Source: an uncultured Caldilinea sp. (GTDB taxonomy: Bacteria > Chloroflexota > Anaerolineae > Caldilineales > Caldilineaceae). Taken from it: a stretch of DNA of 24,000 nt. Below the pieces are notes generated by a model. That model worked only from the letters and a program-made list of their open reading frames with translations, had not been told where the DNA came from and searched no databases. Both the position numbers and the translations under genes were made by a program. Shown here in pieces: positions 18,056 through 24,000 of this stretch (within the stretch, counting starts at the first letter, position 1; each line of letters opens with the position of its first letter). The stretch is from contig NZ_CAKZMJ010000094.1 in NCBI RefSeq assembly GCF_937128415.1, forward strand, positions 11,716 to 35,715, in the 5' to 3' direction.

Positions 18056-18949
18056 CTAACGTTTGGAAGCGTCTGAATCCTGCCCTTCAGGTTCATTGAG
18101 ATCGACCAACAGATTTTCGTCATCCAGATTCATTTGCTCTTGATGCTGGACATCTACACCTTGCCTCGTCGCCAGTCCGGCCTCATCTGACGCTTCCACC
18201 TCAACGTCTGAGACGTCCACGCGCTGAATGGATTTAACGACCAGCAACTGTTTCACCAGCCGTTCTAGCTGATGGGAAGTCAAGGGTCGAGTGAGATCGA
18301 CGCGCAAGATTGCAGTTTCGCCGGCCGAAGGCAACATCGTCGCGCGTTTGACCGGCGCCCCCAGCCGGTCGAGTGCGGTCAGCGCCTTGCCAACTGCGCG
18401 ATGGTTGTCTTTCAGGTGGAGCTTGAGCATATTGACTTCATGATTGCGGCCAAGCCTGGCTTCCACGCGTTCCAGAACAACCAATGTGAACAAAATGAGC
18501 AACGTCGTCGCCGTCGCCAACCCGGCCATCCCCACCCCAACGGCAATGCCAATTCCCGCCACGCCCCAAATGCTGGCGGCCGTAGTCAGGCCGCGCACTG
18601 TTGAGCCATGGCGCAGGATTGCACCGGCGCCGAGAAAGCCGATGCCCGAAACCACGTAGCTGGCCACCCGCATCGGGTCGCGCACGCCCATATCGGGTAG
18701 GGCGTACGCGCCGGCCATGGTCATCAAACAGGCGCCCAGTCCCACCAGAATATGCGGACGAAAGCCGCTGGCGCGCTCATGTTGCGAGCGTTCCCATCCG
18801 ATCAGGCCGCACAGCAACAGCACCACCAACAGGCGTCCGACGAGGATCGAATCAAAGGGGCCGACGATCTCCCCAGAAGTTTGCGCTATTCTTAAGGCGA
18901 AGTCTTTTCCAAGCTGGTTGAGCGCATCCGTAAACACTTCGTAATTCAT
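18056..18949 (-). CDS. mgtC: MgtC/SapB-family membrane protein with N-terminal extension and acidic C-terminal tail
   Basis: RBS GAGGTG lies before ATG 18949. Family blocks are GLIGWERSQHERASGFRPHILVGLGACL and DPMRVASYVVSGIGFLGAGAILRHGSTVRGLTTAASIWGVAGIGIAVG. The protein is 297 aa, versus roughly 215-235 aa as I recall for typical members. The last ~54 aa are Asp/Glu/Gln-rich. Confidence 0.85.
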   Translation of the reverse strand: MNYEVFTDALNQLGKDFALRIAQTSGEIVGPFDSILVGRLLVVLLLCGLIGWERSQHERASGFRPHILVGLGACLMTMAGAYALPDMGVRDPMRVASYVVSGIGFLGAGAILRHGSTVRGLTTAASIWGVAGIGIAVGVGMAGLATATTLLILFTLVVLERVEARLGRNHEVNMLKLHLKDNHRAVGKALTALDRLGAPVKRATMLPSAGETAILRVDLTRPLTSHQLERLVKQLLVVKSIQRVDVSDVEVEASDEAGLATRQGVDVQHQEQMNLDDENLLVDLNEPEGQDSDASKR

Positions 18950-19032
18950 GGCGCACCTCGACGGTGGACGGTCAAATCAGCTTCCTGCTTCATCAAAATG
19001 ATTGCGCCAGAATGGCGACCGTGGTCAATCTT

Positions 19033-19452
19033 TCACGCTTTGGACATTTTCATAGCCTTGAGCCATCGCAGCAAGTCCGCGCGTCGCCGCATGTCTGTAC
19101 GCTTTATGTGATCGATCCATGTCCATGCGATGCGCGGACCGGCCAAAACAAGCATGCGGCGCCACGTCCGTTGCAGCGCGTTGTCACAAAATTCAGGAAC
19201 GCGCCCCTGCAGCCGGCGTAGGACGACGACGCATCGGTCCATGCCCTGCTGTTCGAGATCGGCGAGGTGCAACAGCAGGTCGCGCTTATGCGGCTCCGCC
19301 GCGATCGTCGCCAGGTCTCGATAGAGCTGATTGAAAAACTTTCTGTGACAATACACTTGCTCGACATAGGCGATGAGACGCATCCGAACTGCGTGCACCC
19401 GTTGTAAGCGATCGCTGCGCCCTCGCGCATCCAGATTGTAGTCGCTGCACAT
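19033..19452 (-). CDS. Hypothetical 139-aa helical protein encoded between mgtE and the mgtC-family gene
   Basis: ATG 19452 is preceded by GGAAGGTGA. The sequence reads as amphipathic helices (YVEQVYCHRKFFNQLYRDLATIAAEPHKRDLLLHLADLEQQGMDRCVVVLRRL), loosely reminiscent of ferritin-like four-helix bundles but without a clear ExxH pair. The overlapping 124-aa frame (19104..19478) is Cys/Ser/Arg-rich and not protein-like. Confidence 0.6.
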   Translation of the reverse strand: MCSDYNLDARGRSDRLQRVHAVRMRLIAYVEQVYCHRKFFNQLYRDLATIAAEPHKRDLLLHLADLEQQGMDRCVVVLRRLQGRVPEFCDNALQRTWRRMLVLAGPRIAWTWIDHIKRTDMRRRADLLRWLKAMKMSKA

Positions 19453-19490
19453 GCATCACCTTCCGGTTGTCGCTGCATTCCATCTCTCTT

Positions 19491-19525
19491 GGTGGAGGTC
19501 GCAAGCGTGGTTTGCGACCTCCACC
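19491..19525 (-). terminator. Perfect 14-bp stem-loop immediately after the mgtE stop (intra-operon attenuator or RNA-stability hairpin)
   Basis: GGTGGAGGTCGCAA (19491-19504) pairs with TTGCGACCTCCACC (19512-19525) around a 7-nt loop. It starts 13 nt downstream of the mgtE TAA (19539-19541, minus strand). No U-tract follows on the minus strand. Confidence 0.4.
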
Positions 19526-19538
19526 TGCTCTTTCACTG

Positions 19539-20966
19539 TTAAACAGCGAGCAAGAAGTTCACCAAGGAAAAGTAAAGCGCCAGACCTGTAAAATCCTTGA
19601 TGGTGGTGATAAAAGGATCGGCTCCCGGCGCATGGTCGAAGCCCAGCTTCGTCAGTGTATAGGGCAGCAAAAAGCCCAGGAAGGTGGCCAACGTCACGAC
19701 GGCGCAAATCGAAACGCCAACCGCAATGCCGATCTGTGGAAACCCATTGGGGATCCCCTGCCACTGCCAGGCGATCACTCCAGTAACGACCCCGAGAAGA
19801 AGCCCCATCACCAGGCCGATGCCCACCTCGCGGCGCACATGCCACCAGAATTTTGCCAGGTCGATATGCCCCAACGCCAGACCGCGCGCAAAGATGGTCG
19901 TGGATTGCGTGCCGACGTTGCCGCCCATATCCATGACCAACGGAATAAAGACAGCCGCAGCCAGGATCTTGGCCAGCACCTCCTCAAACTGGTCGATCAG
20001 GCCGCCGGTCACCAGGCCGCCGGCGACGGTGACCAGCAAGAATACGATGCGCACAGAGACGGCGTACAGGATCGGGCCGCGGGTAAGCTTTTCGCTATGA
20101 ATGATGTCGCGTTGACGTCGCACATCCACGATGCCTGCCATCTGGTACATCGTCTCAGAGGCCTCTTCTTCCAACACATCGATCACGTCGTCAAAGGAGA
20201 CTGCGCCGACCAGACGACCTTCTCCGTCGACGACGGGCAAAGCGACCAGGTCATACTGTTTCAGCAAACGCGCGGCGACGGTGCGTTTTTCCGACGCTCG
20301 CACGAAGACGTCTGAACCTTCGAGCAACGTCTCGATCTTTGCATCCGGCTCCGCTCGCACAAGCCTGGTGAGCGAGACAACCCCCTTGTAATAGCGTTTC
20401 TCGTCAATGACGAAGATCACGCGCAGCTCATCGTCTTCCAAATTAGAGGAACGAAGCACGGCAAGCGCCTCTCGCACCGTGTTGTGGCTGCGCACGGCGA
20501 GATAGCGCGGATTCATGATCCGGCCCACACTCTCCGGCGGATAGTTCAGCAGCACATTTACAGATTCTCGCGCTTCGGGGCTGAGCGCAGCCAGCAGACG
20601 TTTTGTGACCTTGGCGGGCAACTCATCGAACAGGTGCACGCGCAGGTCCGGATCGAGCTTCTCGAACAGTTGCACCGCCTCCGGATCGGCCATCGCCTGC
20701 ACCAGGTCGGTTTGTTGGGTGGTGTCCAACCGCTCGAACACGTCGATGGCGCGATCTTTGTCCAGCAATCGAAAGAGCAAGATACGCTGCGCCGAAGGAA
20801 GCTCCTGCATCAATTTGATCACCTCATAGACGGACCAACTCGCCTGCTGCTCCTTGATCGTGTTCAACTCCCCGTTGTTCAACAGCTTCTGCAAATTGAG
20901 CTTTTCCTTCAAAGGATGGTTCAGGTTGGCCATGATGGTCTGTTCCTTTCCATTCTGTAAAGTCAT
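19539..20966 (-). CDS. mgtE: Magnesium transporter MgtE (N-domain, CBS pair, 5-TM channel domain)
   Basis: The N-domain includes ILLFRLLDKDRAIDVFERLD...DELPAKVTKRLLAALSPEARESVNVLLNYPPESVGRIMNP. CBS repeats follow. The TM domain has the conserved AVFIPLVMDMGGNVGTQS and ADPFITTIKDFTGLALYF. An alternative start at ATG 20933 has the better RBS (GGAAAGGAAC). Confidence 0.92.
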   Translation of the reverse strand: MTLQNGKEQTIMANLNHPLKEKLNLQKLLNNGELNTIKEQQASWSVYEVIKLMQELPSAQRILLFRLLDKDRAIDVFERLDTTQQTDLVQAMADPEAVQLFEKLDPDLRVHLFDELPAKVTKRLLAALSPEARESVNVLLNYPPESVGRIMNPRYLAVRSHNTVREALAVLRSSNLEDDELRVIFVIDEKRYYKGVVSLTRLVRAEPDAKIETLLEGSDVFVRASEKRTVAARLLKQYDLVALPVVDGEGRLVGAVSFDDVIDVLEEEASETMYQMAGIVDVRRQRDIIHSEKLTRGPILYAVSVRIVFLLVTVAGGLVTGGLIDQFEEVLAKILAAAVFIPLVMDMGGNVGTQSTTIFARGLALGHIDLAKFWWHVRREVGIGLVMGLLLGVVTGVIAWQWQGIPNGFPQIGIAVGVSICAVVTLATFLGFLLPYTLTKLGFDHAPGADPFITTIKDFTGLALYFSLVNFLLAV

Positions 20967-21170
20967 TCCCGCTATTCACCCCGTTGATTGGCGCCTGCCG
21001 CTTTTTTCCCGAAAGGAGGCGCGTCAACGCCAGGACAAACGTCCTCCGCTCTTGCAGAGCGCATGGACGCCGGCAAGGCTCTCCCCGGCGAAGAGAGCGA
21101 CCAACGCCGGGGAAAGCGACGCACATCACTTCAAGTGCGGCGATAGTGCAGAGCGTGCGCGCTCCGCGTT

Positions 21171-21389
21171 TCACGTCACCGGCTGCAGCCGCCGGTCGCA
21201 AGTGTGCAAGAGCGTCCCACCGACTGCCTGCATGGAGTGATCTGGACGCGCTCGCAAAGAATGAGGCTGTTCAGTTGTTCGGAAATGAGGCTGAGCGATG
21301 GCGTGCGGTTGCATCGGCGCAACTGCGAGCCTCTCCCAGCGAGCTGTGAGACGTCCATGCTCGTTCAACACCCACTTCATCTTCAGCAT
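21171..21389 (-). CDS. Candidate 72-aa leader ORF (His/Pro-rich, three QPH repeats) between the M-box terminator and mgtE
   Basis: ATG 21389 is preceded by GGGAGGTGG with a 3-nt spacer. Product: MLKMKWVLNEHGRLTARWERLAVAPMQPHAIAQPHFRTTEQPHSLRARPDHSMQAVGGTLLHTCDRRLQPVT. By my hand count, about 65 percent of third codon positions are G/C, higher than the overlapping alternative frame. I recognise no family, so it may be non-coding. Confidence 0.3.
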   Translation of the reverse strand: MLKMKWVLNEHGRLTARWERLAVAPMQPHAIAQPHFRTTEQPHSLRARPDHSMQAVGGTLLHTCDRRLQPVT

Positions 21390-21539
21390 GTTCCACCTCC
21401 CGAGATCGACACCATGAAGGTCTCTCGCATCGTCTTCTTGCATCGAGGTCTAGACTACTTTCCGTGTCCTGCATGACGTCTCACCCCCTTTCCTCGCAGC
21501 TTGCGCCCTGAGCGCCTGTTCGGCGTTGCAGAAGCAATG

Positions 21540-21573
21540 AAAAAAAGAAGACAGCCCACGAGAGGCTGTCTTC
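21540..21573 (-). terminator. Intrinsic terminator forming the expression platform of the M-box riboswitch
   Basis: Minus strand reads GAAGACAGCC-ucucgug-GGCUGUCUUC followed by UUUUUUU. The stem pairs 21564-21573 with 21547-21556, and the U-tract is the plus-strand A-run at 21540-21546. Confidence 0.8.
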
Positions 21574-21614
21574 ACACTTATCCATCAAATACAGGACAAA
21601 TCTGTCCTGCATGA

Positions 21615-21790
21615 GCGCCTCTCGTTGAGCTTTGGCACTGGTTGACGTAGATTCTCTCTTGCATCGAAAGAGGATCAGCTGCTTTATGCCAAACCTTAAG
21701 CCGATTTGGCCTGTTCTACCCATTGGCGTCTTTCGACGTTTCCGGGCAGCAGCCTGTGTTCAACCAGGAGCCTCACCTAACGGCCATTCA
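21615..21790 (-). promoter_or_regulatory. M-box (ykoK-type) Mg2+ riboswitch aptamer
   Basis: The minus strand reads CCGUUAGGUGAGGCUCCUGG...GCUGCUGCCCGGAAACGUCGAAAGACGCCAAUGGGUAGAACAG...CUUAAGGU...GCAGCUG...CCAGUGCCAAAGCUCAACGA. This is collinear with the B. subtilis mgtE M-box blocks GUUAGGUGAGGCUCCUG / GCUGCUGCCC / GUCCAAAGACGCUAAUGGGUCAACAG / UAAGGU / GCAGCUG / CAGUGCUAAAGCUCUACGA. Plus-strand positions of the blocks are 21767-21781, 21744-21753, 21718-21737 and 21622-21640. Confidence 0.9.
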
Positions 21791-21802
21791 ATTTTCGCAA
21801 CC

Positions 21803-21831
21803 TTTATAATCGGTCTACCGATCTTTGTCAA
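21803..21831 (-). promoter_or_regulatory. Near-consensus sigma-70-type promoter driving the M-box leader
   Basis: Minus strand reads TTGACA (21826-21831), a 17-nt spacer, then TATAAA (21803-21808). It sits in an AT-rich spacer, and the predicted TSS is a few nt upstream of the aptamer 5' end. Confidence 0.65.
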
Positions 21832-21981
21832 AATGGAGGAACAATTAATTCACATGGCCGCCGATTCTCTTGCTCCTCACACTTTGCGCCTTTCTCTTGG
21901 AGGCTATTATGCACTTTAAAGCAGTGAACATGATACGCTCATCATGACTCAAAGTTCATCACACGCTCTAGGCGCGCTCGA

Positions 21982-23001
<1,020 letters not shown>

Positions 23002-23066
23002 AAGTTCTCCTCAATTCACGATAAGGCGTTCCATAAAAAGAACTTTGTTCAAGAATCTATCCACCA

Positions 23067-24000
<934 letters not shown>

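Noticed and set aside
21271-21474. Alternative 67-aa leader ORF (MQDTESSLDLD...) starting at the second UCAUGCAGGACA copy, with GGGGGTGAG upstream.
   Set aside because: By my hand count, third-position G/C is only ~44 percent, and the ORF has clustered AGA/CGA/AGU codons in a GC-rich genome. It overlaps the better-scoring 72-aa frame. Translation of a short N-terminal part cannot be excluded.
21481-21919. ORFs 21481..21723(-) and 21632..21919(+) across the M-box region.
   Set aside because: They coincide with the riboswitch aptamer and terminator on the sense and antisense strands. The sequence is explained by conserved RNA blocks, and the peptides show no protein-like features.
23002-23066. 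AT-rich spacer upstream of the aldo-keto reductase gene, considered as a promoter (TTGAAC ...).
   Set aside because: I could not find a convincing -10 hexamer at proper spacing. It is probably a promoter region, but I cannot place the elements.

Overview
This is a high-GC bacterial chromosomal segment. Protein styles suggest a Chloroflexota-like organism, but no search was possible, so that is inference only. I support about 19 protein-coding genes and found no rRNA, tRNA, CRISPR array or mobile element. Left to right: (1) A translationally coupled four-gene envelope module at 1..6448: a truncated GT-C-like paralog, a YfhO-family protein, a GT39/ArnT-like glycosyltransferase, and a membrane-anchored C39-like peptidase with TPR repeats. 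(2) A CrtL-type lycopene cyclase followed by a YfcH/TIGR01777-like epimerase. (3) A G/C-rich palindromic and tandem repeat cluster in a convergent intergenic gap at 8801..8996. (4) An APH(6)/StrB-like kinase. (5) A KAS II (FabF-like) gene followed by an atypical sugar nucleotidyltransferase. (6) A secreted protein with six carboxypeptidase-regulatory-like domains in a visibly lower-GC gene. (7) ftsY, an MFS transporter, and prfB. The prfB gene has the classic programmed +1 frameshift site GGGGG-CGT-CTT-TGA-C, which the ORF track misses. (8) A minus-strand Mg2+ homeostasis locus. It runs from a near-consensus promoter through an M-box (ykoK-type) riboswitch with its own intrinsic terminator. 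An unusually long (~570 nt) leader follows, carrying a candidate 72-aa His/Pro-rich ORF, and then mgtE, an unknown 139-aa helical protein, and an MgtC-family protein with an acidic tail. (9) A YghZ/Gpr-like aldo-keto reductase and a LysM-YkuD L,D-transpeptidase that runs off the right edge. The most interesting unexplained material is the architecture of the M-box/mgtE leader and operon. The GT-C/C39-peptidase module, with a Pro/Thr-rich linker, comes second. Nothing here clearly amounts to a new defence or mobile system. All family calls rest on motif recognition by eye.
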